Source: Neoechinorhynchus agilis
Lineage: Eukaryota > Animalia > Acanthocephala
Assembly (NCBI GenBank): GCA_051530055.1
Contig: CM121343.1
Coordinates: 7,100,389-7,164,388 of the forward strand
Reading direction: 5' to 3'
Length of the DNA stretch: 64,000 nt
Shown one piece after another: positions 23,302 through 35,412 of this stretch. A program made the translations under genes and the position numbers. The notes beneath the pieces are model-generated. The model did no database searches, was not told the DNA's origin, and saw nothing but the letters and a program-made list of their open reading frames with translations. Position 1 is the first letter of the stretch. Each line of letters starts with the position of its first letter.

Positions 23302-23780
23302 ATGAAGTCCAGTTCAGCACAGCTTGTTGATGAACAACAGAGGATATCCACGGAGTGCAAAAACTTTAAAGCTAAATTCGATTCTCTTAGAAGTGAGCTT
23401 ATGCAAAATGCCGCAAAAAATAAAGCATTAAACCAAAGGACCATTTGATTGATATTTTTGTTTCAAATGATTCTTTGGTCATAGAGCACCAGTTGATCGA
23501 AAACGAAGCCGTTGCAGCTGACGTCAAATTTTTAGTTTCCCTTGGAAAGCCTATTTCTTTTCACAAATGTGTAGACGGGCACTTGATTGTGCCTAAGGAG
23601 AAAGATGAAGTACTAAGTAACGTTCAAAACAGGATTAATTTTATAAAAAGCGAAATTAGAATGCTAACAACAAGCTCAGCGGTTGTCAGCGACAAACTTG
23701 AAGGAATCGCCGAGAAGCTTAAAAGAATGGAAATAGAACTTGCCACCAAGGCACAGGAAAGTTCAATGGGCAGGCTATAG
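23302..23780 (+). CDS. PFDN6: Prefoldin beta subunit 6, segments 23302-23430 and 23484-23780
   Basis: KFDSLRSELMQNAAKNKALEHQLIEN...V.NRINFIKSEI matches the PFDN6 pattern (LEAQLTEN...V.KRLDYITAEI, recalled). Confidence 0.8.
23431..23483 (+). other. PFDN6 insert: non-canonical hairpin intron-like element (53 nt)
   Basis: TIR ACCAAAGGACCATTTGA / TCAAATGATTCTTTGGT (15/17); TA at 23429 and 23482; removal gives KAL-EHQLIEN. Confidence 0.8.
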
Positions 23781-24288
23781 GCATCTAAAGAAGGGTAATT
23801 CGGAGAAATAAAAACGAATATGGAGTTTTAAAGAAAATCCTCCTTTGATTCTAAGTGACGCTCTTTAGATTTCAATTGTGTGAGTAGCTAATGCGAATGA
23901 TGTAGAACTTTTAGAAATTTCATGATGACTCCAGGTTTGAACTACATATTCTTGAACATATCATTTAATACACCTTTCGAAGAGAAGGTGTGTTTTAAAA
24001 TTAGAAAAGAGGGACAATAAAAATGTCAATATTCCGTTATTCCAATGCCGAAAATATACACTCGAGTAAAAACATGATCCACAGTCTTCATAAAACGAAA
24101 ACTCTTTCCAATTCATTTAACGGGAATGATTCTATCCAATTGTTCCTTCGAGTGGATGTGTATTCTCAATGTCGAATTGTAACATACTCGAGTTTTAATG
24201 AAATCAACCTTGGGAATTTTCAAGGCCTCAGCCTCCTTAACAAGCATCTAAGAATGGATGTAGTGGGGGGTACCTGAGTTGGTAGCCT

Positions 24289-25390
24289 TTACTCGGGTGC
24301 GCGGGACCGTAGATTCCCTAGGTGATGTTTCACCCCCTGTGCGAAAGGCCCTTGGAGATTCCTCGTCGGAAGTCTCCTCTTGTTCCCTTCCATTGTGTCC
24401 TCCATATTAATGAGCAGAGCCTCTTTTATCAACCTGCTCCTTAGGTTCCACTCGGCCACCCTTGTACACGCGTTTTCAACATCGATTCTGTGGTCGTTGT
24501 TGATAGCGTGATTGAATAGAGCTGACGACACGTCCCCTCGTCGTAGCGGATACTCATGTTTCTCTACTCTTTTCCGCATCCCTTGTTTTGTAGGTTCAAC
24601 ATAGACCTGGTCGCAAACCTTACAGGGTATCGAATGTACCACGCATCGATTTTCCATAAGCTGTGATGGTTTCACTTTCAATATCCCGCTCAGTTTGGGT
24701 CCTGACGGATAGTAGGGAACCAGAACGAACGAAGTTTCCTTCAACTTGGTCCGGATTTCATAGCAACAACAAGAGTCACGGACGTAGATATTAGATGTAA
24801 CACCGAGGCAATAATTATAAGAGTGGAAGACGACATGTTTTGTGATATCGTTGATTAAGACAAAATGGCTATGCGAGAGAATAAGAATAAATGGAATAAG
24901 AACAGTATGTCAAAGGAGGAGGACAAAACTACAAGAGTATGTCGAGCGGACGAAGGGAAAGCACTAGTCGTGCTAAACACAACGGAATATATCGCAATTC
25001 CAGGAACTTAAGAAGGATCCAACTGCGATGAGAGGGCGTGGATTTAACAGTTACTTGAATGGTCTAAAATTGGCCGGGAAAATTACCCAAAACTGGTATG
25101 AGAAAATAAGATCTGCTAATGCGGAGATGGGTTTCATGTACCTGCTACCAAAGGTCCACAAACCATTTCTGAAGGTCAGACCGATCATTGCGTTTTACTA
25201 TTCGTTTGGCCACAAGTTAGCAAAGGATATTAACACACTAATTCGGGATAACATGGAAACTCCAGCATCATACGTTAAAGATCGCCCATCATTCGTTGAA
25301 GCAATCGGAAAATACGATTCTCGCAACAACTTCCTTTGGACGGCAGATTCACGGCACTATTTACGAATGTACCGATAAAGGAAGCAACTA
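24289..25390. mobile_element. Penelope-like element remnant: GIY-YIG on minus (24289-24760), RT N-terminus on plus (24780-25390)
   Basis: VVHSIPCKVCDQVYV..R..KH..SALFNH..RLIKEALLI; CRADEGKALVV, MYLLPKVHKP..RPII. Confidence 0.85.
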
Positions 25391-26039
25391 TCTTGGCCGC
25401 GGATTTACTTTCGAAACGATGCTTGGATCCCAAGCTCGCGGATTTAGTTTCGAAACGATGCGTGGATCCCAAGCTGGATATGGATGATTGATCAGTACGC
25501 TCATTGGATTCCGGTCGTGTGAGTCGCTAATCGGAACGATACGTCTTATTGATTTTTGGTTTACTGTGATTCGAGTTCAGTATTTGTTTCCATCTCTCAA
25601 ATGGCGTAGCTTCCAAAATTTTTGCATGGATGAACTCTCCCAAACTCGACATTCTCTGGGGTTTTTGCACACTCAACACAAACGGTTCGTACGCCGGAAA
25701 TCGTCGCAATTTAAACTAAAATGTCTGAGGCCCAACGAATAAATAGCGATGGTGGAGACCGGAATATCTTTTTAAATTTGTACACTTGCCATAGTCCACA
25801 AAAACGAATTCTCGTGCATGCGTTATCAAGAGACTATTCTCCTTGTAAGGATATAGAAAACTGTTAGAAATCGGGGCATATCCACTGAACCAATTTATTA
25901 GTAAGTTTTATCGAGAATTGCATTGGGGTGACAAGCGACCCAAATAACAATTATTGGTAGGTATCCCTCCCTATATCCAACTTTAGATTCTCCTCCTATA
26001 ACGTTTTAATAAGAAATGCGATGTCGTTCCTAACCATCA

Positions 26040-26560
26040 AATGTAAAAATGCGAGAAGGTAAGTCCAAAAAGGCAACGAGTCAAAACGACAACTTAAAGG
26101 CTTTAAATGTAAAAACGCGTGAAGGTAAATCCTAAAAGCAATGACCTGTAACGGCAACTTTTAACCACCAAATGTAAAAATGCGAGAAGATAAGTCATAG
26201 AAACAACGACAACTTTAAGCCATCAAATGCGGGTAGTCAGGTTCCTAAAGACAATAACGCAAAACTGCAACTATAAAGAAATTAAGCACTAAAAATAATG
26301 AATCAAAACTGTAACTTTCAACCATGAAATATAAAAATGCGAGAAGGTAAATCCAAAGAGCGATGACCTATGACGGCGATTGTTCACCATTAAATAAAAA
26401 ATTCGCGAGCCACCAAATACGAGAAGGAAGGTTAAAACAATGACTCAAAACTGCAACTTTAAGAAATAGAAAGAAAGTGCTAAAAACAATGAGTCAAACT
26501 GTAACTTTCAACCACATATAAAAATGCGCATAAGCAAGTCCCAAAACTATTCTACACTAG
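26040..26560. repeat. Degenerate tandem repeat (about 65-bp period) upstream of the convertase
   Basis: Recurring AAATGTAAAAATGCGAGAAGGTAAGTCC-like units; arrays differ in front of each convertase copy. Confidence 0.6.
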
Positions 26561-26589
26561 TTGACGACTACTCAAATAACGGTTAAATT

Positions 26590-28189
26590 ATGTTAACAAT
26601 CTTTCTGTTCCTTTTCTCCGTACGCATTGCCTATAATCTACCGAAAAACGGAAATTTATTTGCGCATTCGAGCAATTATTCATTATCAGCGTCAACTCCA
26701 TCATCGCTGGTTAACGTCGAGGAATGGCCCAATAGCTGGTATCTTCACCGATCGGCATATAATATCGAAAGGGTTTGGAACGAGGGTTATACTGGAAAAG
26801 GTGTCGTTGTGGGTATAATCGATTATGGTATCGAACAAGATCATCCTGATTTAAAGGATCGCGTCTTAGCGACATTGCCCGACTCGAGCGTTTTCAATGA
26901 TCATGGCAATGGCTGTGCCGGAATTATAGCTGCGAATCCAGACAGCAGTATTTGCGGAGTAGGTATAGCCTATGATTCCAAAATCATCAGTTTAAACATA
27001 CATAAATCACTTGATATTCTTTTCGATATAAATGAACCTGTCGAAGGAACCTTCGGCTTAAAAGAGCAGCGATGCATAATCTTTATTGGACTAATGTTCT
27101 TTAATTTAATATCGCTAAATAATGCAACGCTGCACAATAAAATCAATGATTGATATTTATAGCGTTTCCCTTGGCGCGCCGGATGACGGTAGCTCGGTTG
27201 CGGAAATTCATCCAGCGTATAACATAATACTTGCTAACAATGCCAGGTTGGGGCGTAATCTTTTGGGATCTTCCTTAGTTATTGCCTCTGGTAATGGTGG
27301 TCATTTGTTTGATAGTTGTGCGGCCGATGGACGAGTGAATTCCCATTACGCGATTGCGGTGGCTGGCATTCAAAGAAACCATTCGTCCCCGTATTACGCT
27401 GAAAAATGTGCCGCCATTATGACAACTGGATATGCCAGCGCTGGCTCTTCAAATCGGATAATAACTGCGGGTCTAAATGGTACGTGTCAACATTTTGGTG
27501 GAACATCGGCCGTCGCTCCAATGGTAGCAGCCATTATTGCACTTGGACTTCAAGCAAATCCTGATCTCGACTACAGACAAATCCAGTATTTGGTAGTTAT
27601 GTCGTCCGTTAAGCACGAAAACATGAAACCTTATTGGCGTACGCATGGACGATGGTGGAAAAATGGAGCTGGTTATTGGGTAAGTAAATATTTTGGGTTT
27701 GGTATTCTTGATCCCAAATCTTTTGTGGATAACGCCATTGCGATGAAAGGCCGTAAACTGCCAAAATCTAATACCTGTAAAGTTCGCATATCAGGCTTGA
27801 CTTGGCTGCGAAGCGATTCTATGGCACGTTTCCGAGTTTATACGAATGCCTGCAATTCATTATCGTCTGCGATAACGAGTTTGGAACATGTAATTCTAAA
27901 TGTTACAATCCAACCTTCTTTTTCAAATCCTGGACAAAGGGGCAAACTAAGAATTGTGCTTGTGTCTCCTACCAATAACAGTGTGGAAATGTTGGATATT
28001 CGGCCTCTTGACGAGGATAGAGTGAAAGGATTTATGTATCAGCCGTTTACGTCGGTTCTCAATTGGTTCGAAGATCCGAGGGGTTATTGGGAAGCACGAA
28101 TATTTAATTTAGATAAACATGGCTCATTCGTAGTGCATAAGATAGACATGATTCTGATCGGTGTTAATGGAAATCCTTTAGAAACATGA
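26590..28189 (+). CDS. Kexin/furin-like proprotein convertase (S8B plus P domain), copy 1; segments 26590-27060 and 27140-28189
   Basis: Signal peptide MLTIFLFLFSV; catalytic D (IIDYG), H (DHGNGCAG), oxyanion N (ASGNGG), S (GGTSAVAP); P domain LEHV..RGKL..W.EDPRGYW. Confidence 0.88.
27061..27139 (+). other. Convertase insert: non-canonical hairpin intron-like element (79 nt); identical at 32111-32189, 42315-42393, 47840-47918
   Basis: TAAAA direct repeats; TIR GAGCAGCGATGCAT / ATGCAACGCTGCAC (12/14); removal gives EGTFGL-KSMIDIYSVSLG. Confidence 0.82.
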
Positions 28190-29209
28190 AATATAATGCG
28201 TGTGTGTTTTAAACTTTTCGGAGATTACGTTTTGACAACGAATCTGTCGAAGAAACTCCATATTCGAATTAATATCCGAATGGAAAATTCGATAATTGTG
28301 TGCTCTAATTTTAACGAAAGTAAAAGTTAAACCTTAGAATAAAATAGACTGTAATAATACGTCAATTCTGGATTCTAAGCGATAATATCGTTTTTTTACG
28401 TGCATTATTCCATGATTGACAATATAAAAGCAGGATAGAGAAATACTCAATTTAGAAATCGTTTTTGTAAGTCATAATTATACATTTTCTTTGGACATTA
28501 ACATGATCGGTTCTTATATTAAAAAACATCTTATTTGCATGGTATTTACCAATAAAGTCTTTTTGGTGGTGCTGTTGACATGTACAATTATTTTATCACA
28601 GGAGTGCAAAACTTTCAGAACTTGTAAATAAATCAAAACTCCACAAACCATCAATAATATTGCAGTCTGGGGAGCTTACCCAATTATTGATTAAAGAATC
28701 TTTCTTTAATAGCTAAAAAAGGCTGCAATATATACCCATCCTCTATATAGAGCCGCTTTTTACACGGCATTTTCTTACAACGACCGTTTTAAATTAAGAC
28801 AAGTTTTCGATTTACGGCCTAAAATGTTTTCATTTATCGACAAGTTTTTTTTATGTATCTTTCATGTTGTTAATAACGATTAGAAGCATTTTAGGCAAAA
28901 TGCCATCGCAACAACTTGTATGGAATTCGGAGCGTGATAAAAAGATATGCCGGAAATCAGTCACGCGAGGAACTACGCTGTAAGTATTTCGTAACACGAT
29001 GTGTCCGATCTACTTGGAGCTGATAGGGAAACGATTTCATATGATTAACTCATTGGGTTGCAAGCAGGATCGGCTTCTAAGGTCCATCTCAATTATTCTC
29101 CAGACTTTTCCCGTTAAAAAAACTTTAACTAACAAAATACTTGTTGGCCGCAAAAACTTCTCTAAAATTCGTCCGGGCGGAAATGCCGTCAAAGACTCTC
29201 TTGGTCTTT

Positions 29210-29858
29210 TATGAGGACCCAAAAGTACATGGGCCCTGTTCCACCATAAAGTTAGAGATGTGGTAGCTGGCATCAGCAGATCGAAAAATCTACTGTCGCC
29301 ACACAAAAATAGTTTTTTATTCAACATAATGCGGAAAACGTTAACATGAACCTTATGACGTCGTCGATGGTCACTACATAGGCCCCCCTCTAGAAGGTTC
29401 TTCCGTTTTTTGCGAGGTCTGTCTCGTTTTGGAGGTTGAGCGAGAAAGATAAGTGATGTTGGATCGGTATACCCTTGGGAAACTTATACAGGCGTTGTAT
29501 ACCGGACCTTACAAAGTACTTGATCGCAACGAAAAGTTTTTCATGATCGATCTCGGTGGAAAACCAGAGAACGTATCGATAGACCGCCTCAAACAAACGT
29601 ATATCGATCCAACATCACCCGTCTTTCTCGCTCAACCTCCAAAACGAGGCAGACCTCGCAAAAAACGGAAGAACCTTCTAGAGGGGGCCTATGTAGTGAC
29701 CATCGACGACGTCATAAGGTTCATGTTAACGTTTTCCGTGTTATGTTGAATAAAAAACTATTTTTGTGTGGTGAGTAGATTTTTCGATCTACTGATGCCA
29801 GCTACCGCATCTCTAACTTTATGGTGGAACAGGACCCATGTACTTTTGGGTCCTCATA
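29210..29858. repeat. About 650-bp palindrome made of gypsy integrase C-terminus/PPT/LTR start capped by LINE 3' hairpins
   Basis: Arms about 29210-29465 and 29590-29858 are reverse complements; YTGPYKVL..F..D..GK..NVSIDRLK in the centre. Confidence 0.9.
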
Positions 29859-29859
29859 A

Positions 29860-31003
29860 ACACTCGAATTTTAATTGGAAAATGAAATCAGATATTGACT
29901 TTTGGAGTGGATTACGAGTCCGGGCGGGTGAGAATATGCGGTCGGGTTGGGTACGTTCAGGTGGAAATTGATGGTTATTGTTTGCAGGAGCGCTTGTGAG
30001 GTCGGGTCTTTCCTCGGAATCATTTCAGGTTACAATATCCGAGAAGATTGGCCAGCATGGAAAAAGGAGCGTAGATCTAGGAAGGTGCGAGGTATAGGAA
30101 GGTGCGAAAACGAATTAGGATTACGAGTGTTGTGCTCGTGTGAAAATGGGCCGATATATGGTAGAAATTGTGGCGCTAAGGTTGATAGGCGTTTTGTTTG
30201 TTTTAACAAAATAGTATCAAGACATTCGGTGAAAAGGGGAAGTCAGCTGTGCAAATTTTAGATGCTCTTTTATGAGGAATTTCAAGACGGCGGATTAGAG
30301 ACTGGGATAGGTTGCAAAAGATGGAATAACCGTAGATGAGGGAGCGTAAAAACAAGCGGAAGTAAAATTTGTAGAGATCGGGTGAATGGATTGCTACATG
30401 TCGGAGTCGTTTGAGGAGATAAATTTTAAAGGTGTTGTGCTTGAGGGATAGAGTGATGTGCGAGTCGCATCTTAAGATTGATTAAAATTGTAGACCCAGA
30501 ATTCCTAGGGAAGTAACTCGTAGCATGTAATTTGGAAGCTTGGAGAAGGATGTGGGGTTGTGGGAGGGTGAAGGGATCATTTCGATGCATTTAAAAAAAT
30601 TCAGGTGAAGTTTGTGATTGGTGCAGAAATCTTTTATATAGGTGATTTCGTTAGAGGTTAAGGAGACGGGGAGGTGGGGTGGTGTATGTGTGATGAGGGT
30701 GAGATCGTCGGCGTATGAGAAGAGTTTAGAGTGAGATCGGTTGCAGAAAATTTGGGCCCCAAGCCAAATTGTGGGGCGATGATTTGTCGTTGATGCCGTT
30801 GAAGGCGGGATTAAAAACATTTTTCGATGATTTTTGAAAGAGCGGGTTGAATCGATATTGGACGGAATGATTCGGTGGAAATCGGATGTCTATCTTTTGG
30901 AATAAAGATGACTTTAGCAGTTTTTTTAGGAATGAGGGGTAGATGTCATATTAAAGGCTGCGATTTATCATGGGGCGAGAGGGTCGATAAGTTCGGGGAT
31001 GAT
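29860..31003 (-). mobile_element. Internally deleted LINE (RT C-terminal half and 3' end)
   Basis: LFSYADDLTL; HEHNTRNPNSF C-terminal motif; ends in the family hairpin. Confidence 0.85.
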
Positions 31004-31060
31004 CAGATTCGTTGTCAAAACGTAATCTCCGAAAAGTTTAAAACACGCACACATTATATT

Positions 31061-32660
31061 TCATGTTTCTAAAGGATTTCCATTAACACCGATCAGAATC
31101 ATGTCTATCTTATGCACTACGAATGAGCCATGTTTATCTAAATTAAATATTCGTGCTTCCCAATAACCCCTCGGATCTTCGAACCAATTGAGAACCGACG
31201 TAAACGGCTGATACATAAATCCTTTCACTCTATCCTCGTCAAGAGGCCGAATATCCAACATTTCCACACTGTTATTGGTAGGAGACACAAGCACAATTCT
31301 TAGTTTGCCCCTTTGTCCAGGATTTGAAAGAAGAGGATTGATTGTAACATTTAGAATTACATGTTCCAAACTGGTTATCGCGGACGATAATGAATTGCAG
31401 GCATTCGTATAAACTCGGAAACGTGCCATAGAATCGCTTCGCAGCCAAGTAAAGCCTGATATGCGAACTTTACAGGTATTAGATTTTGGCAGTTTACGGC
31501 CTTTCATCGCAATGGCGTTATCCACAAAAGATTTGGGATCAAGAATACCAAACCCAAAATATTTACTTACCCAATAACCAGCTCCATTTTTCCACCATCG
31601 TCCATGCGTACGCCAATAAGGTTTCATGTTTTCGTGCTTAACGGACGACATAACTACCAAATACTGGATTTGTCTATAGTCGAGATAGTGATTTGCTTCA
31701 AGTCCAAGTGCAATAATGGCCGCTACCATTGGAACGACGGCTGATGTTCCACCAAAATGTTGACACGTACCATTTAGACCCGCAGTTATTATCCGATTTG
31801 AAGAGCCATCGCTGGTATATCCAGTTGTCATAATGGCGGCACATTTTTCAGCGTAATACGGGGATGAATGGTTTCTTTGAATGCCAGCCACCGCAATCGC
31901 GTAATGGGAGTTCACTTGTCCGTCGACAGCACAAGTATCAAACAAATGACCACCATTACCAGAGGCAATAACTAAGGAAGATCCCAAAAGATTACGCCCC
32001 AACCTGGCATTGTTAGCAAGTATTATGTTATACGCTGGATGAAGTTTCGCAACCGAGCTACCGTCATTCGGCGCGCCAAGGGAAACGCTATAAATATCAA
32101 TCATTGATTTTATTGTGCAGCGTTGCATTATTTAGCGATATTAAATTAAAGAACATTAGTCCAATAAAGATTATGCATCGCTGCTCTTTTAAGCCGAAAG
32201 TTCCTTCGAGAGGTTCATTTATATCGAAAAGAATATCAAGTGATTTATCTATGTTTAAACTGATGATTTTGGAATCATAGGCTATACCTACTCCGCAAAT
32301 ATTGCTGTCAGGATTCGCAGCTATAATTCCGGCACAGCCATTGCCATGATCATTGAAAACGCTCGAGTCGGGCAATGTAGCTAAGACGCGATCCTTTAAA
32401 TCAGGATGATCTTGTTCGATACCATAATCGATTATACCCACAACGACACCTTTTCCAGTATAACCCTCGTTCCAAACCCTTTCGATATTATATGCCGATC
32501 GGTGAAGATACCAGCTATTGGGCCATTCCTCGACGTTAACCAGCGATGATGGAGTTGACGCTGATAATGAATAATTGCTCGAATGCGCAAATAAATTTCC
32601 GTTTTTCGGTAGATTATAGGCAATGCGTACGGAGAAAAGGAACAGAAAGATTGTTAACAT
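31061..32660 (-). CDS. Kexin/furin-like convertase, copy 2
   Basis: Same structure as copy 1, with substitutions (e.g. SAVVP, EANHY, DTCAVDGQ). Confidence 0.85.
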
Positions 32661-33803
32661 AATTTAACCGTTATTTGAGTAGTCGTCAACTAGTGTAGAA
32701 TAGTTTTAGGACTTGGTTATGTGCATTTTTATATTTGATGGTTAAAAGTTGCCGTTACAGGTCATTGCTTTTAGGATTTACCTTCACGCATTTTTAGATT
32801 TAAAGCCTTTAAGTTGTCGTTTTGACTCGTTGCCTTTTTGGACTTACCTTCTCGCATTTTTATATTTAGTGGTTGAAAGTTACAGTTTTTATTCATTATT
32901 TTTAGTGCTTAATTTCTTTATAGTTGCAGTTTTGCGTTATTGTCTTTAGGAACCTGACTACCCGCATTTGATGGCTTAAAGTTGTCGTTGTTTCTATGAC
33001 TTATCTTCTCGCATTTTTACATTTGGTGGTTAAAAGTTGCCGTTACAGGTCATTGCTTTTAGGATTTACCTTCACGCGTTTTTACATTTAAAGCCTTTAA
33101 GTTGTCGTTTTGACTCGTTGCCTTTTTGGACTTACCTTCTCGCATTTTTACATTTGATGGTTAGGAACGACATCGCATTTCTTATTAAAACGTTATAGGA
33201 GGAGAATCTAAAGTTGGATATAGGGAGGGATACCTACCAATAATTGTTATTTGGGTCGCTTGTCACCCCAATGCAATTCTCGATAAAACTTACTAATAAA
33301 TTGGTTCAGTGGATATGCCCCGATTTCTAACAGTTTTCTATATCCTTACAAGGAGAATAGTCTCTTGATAACGCATGCACGAGAATTCGTTTTTGTGGAC
33401 TATGGCAAGTGTACAAATTTAAAAAGATATTCCGGTCTCCACCATCGCTATTTATTCGTTGGGCCTCAGACATTTTAGTTTAAATTGCGACGATTTCCGG
33501 CGTACGAACCGTTTGTGTTGAGTGTGCAAAAACCCCAGAGAATGTCGAGTTTGGGAGAGTTCATCCATGCAAAAATTTTGGAAGCTACGCCATTTGAGAG
33601 ATGGAAACAAATACTGAACTCGAATCACAGTAAACCAAAAATCAATAAGACGTATCGTTCCGATTAGCGACTCACACGACCGGAATCCAATGAGCGTACT
33701 GATCAATCATCCATATCCAGCTTGGGATCCACGCATCGTTTCGAAACTAAATCCGCGAGCTTGGGATCCAAGCATCGTTTCGAAAGTAAATCCGCGGCCA
33801 AGA

Positions 33804-34905
33804 TAGTTGCTTCCTTTATCGGTACATTCGTAAATAGTGCCGTGAATCTGCCGTCCAAAGGAAGTTGTTGCGAGAATCGTATTTTCCGATTGCTTCAACG
33901 AATGATGGGCGATCTTTAACGTATGATGCTGGAGTTTCCATGTTATCCCGAATTAGTGTGTTAATATCCTTTGCTAACTTGTGGCCAAACGAATAGTAAA
34001 ACGCAATGATCGGTCTGACCTTCAGAAATGGTTTGTGGACCTTTGGTAGCAGGTACATGAAACCCATCTCCGCATTAGCAGATCTTATTTTCTCATACCA
34101 GTTTTGGGTAATTTTCCCGGCCAATTTTAGAGCATTCAAGTAACTGTTAAATCCACGCCCTCTCATCGCAGTTGGATCCTTCTTAAGTTCCTGGAATTGC
34201 GATATATTCCGTTGTGTTTAGCACGACTAGTGCTTTCCCTTCGTCCGCTCGACATACTCTTGTAGTTTTGTCCTCCTCCTTTGACATACTGTTCTTATTC
34301 CATTTATTCTTATTCTCTCGCATAGCCATTTTGTCTTAATCAACGATATCACAAAACATGTCGTCTTCCACTCTTATAATTATTGCCTCGGTGTTACATC
34401 TAATATCTACGTCCGTGACTCTTGTTGTTGCTATGAAATCCGGACCAAGTTGAAGGAAACTTCGTTCGTTCTGGTTCCCTACTATCCGTCAGGACCCAAA
34501 CTGAGCGGGATATTGAAAGTGAAACCATCACAGCTTATGGAAAATCGATGCGTGGTACATTCGATACCCTGTAAGGTTTGCGACCAGGTCTATGTTGAAC
34601 CTACAAAACAAGGGATGCGGAAAAGAGTAGAGAAACATGAGTATCCGCTACGACGAGGGGACGTGTCGTCAGCTCTATTCAATCACGCTATCAACAACGA
34701 CCACAGAATCGATGTTGAAAACGCGTGTACAAGGGTGGCCGAGTGGAACCTAAGGAGCAGGTTGATAAAAGAGGCTCTGCTCATTAATATGGAGGACACA
34801 ATGGAAGGGAACAAGAGGAGACTTCCGACGAGGAATCTCCAAGGGCCTTTCGCACAGGGGGTGAAACATCACCTAGGGAATCTACGGTCCCGCGCACCCG
34901 AGTAA
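33804..34905. mobile_element. Penelope-like remnant, inverted duplicate of 24289-25390
   Basis: ORFs 33816-34166 and 34450-34905 are near-identical to those of the first copy. Confidence 0.85.
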
Positions 34906-35412
34906 AGGCTACCAACTCAGGTACCCCCCACTACATCCATTCTTAGATGCTTGTTAAGGAGGCTGAGGCCTTGAAAATTCCCAAGGTTGATTTCATTAAA
35001 ACTCGAGTATGTTACAATTCGACATTGAGAATACACATCCACTCGAAGGAACAATTGGATAGAATCATTCCCGTTAAATGAATTGGAAAGAGTTTTCGTT
35101 TTATGAAGACTGTGGATCATGTTTTTACTCGAGTGTATATTTTCGGCATTGGAATAACGGAATATTGACATTTTTATTGTCCCTCTTTTCTAATTTTAAA
35201 ACACACCTTCTCTTCGAAAGGTGTATTAAATGATATGTTCAAGAATATGTAGTTCAAACCTGGAGTCATCATGAATTTCTAAAGGTTCCACATCATTCGC
35301 ATTAGCTACTCACACAATTCAAATCTAAAGAGCGTCACTTAGAATCAAAGGAGGATTTTCTTTAAAACTCCATATTCGTTTTTATTTCTCTGAATTGGCC
35401 TTCTTTAGATGC

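Noticed and set aside
27122-27153. Programmed ribosomal frameshift between the overlapping convertase ORFs
   Set aside because: No slippery heptamer, and read-through would leave about 26 extra residues; the 79-nt hairpin removal fits better.
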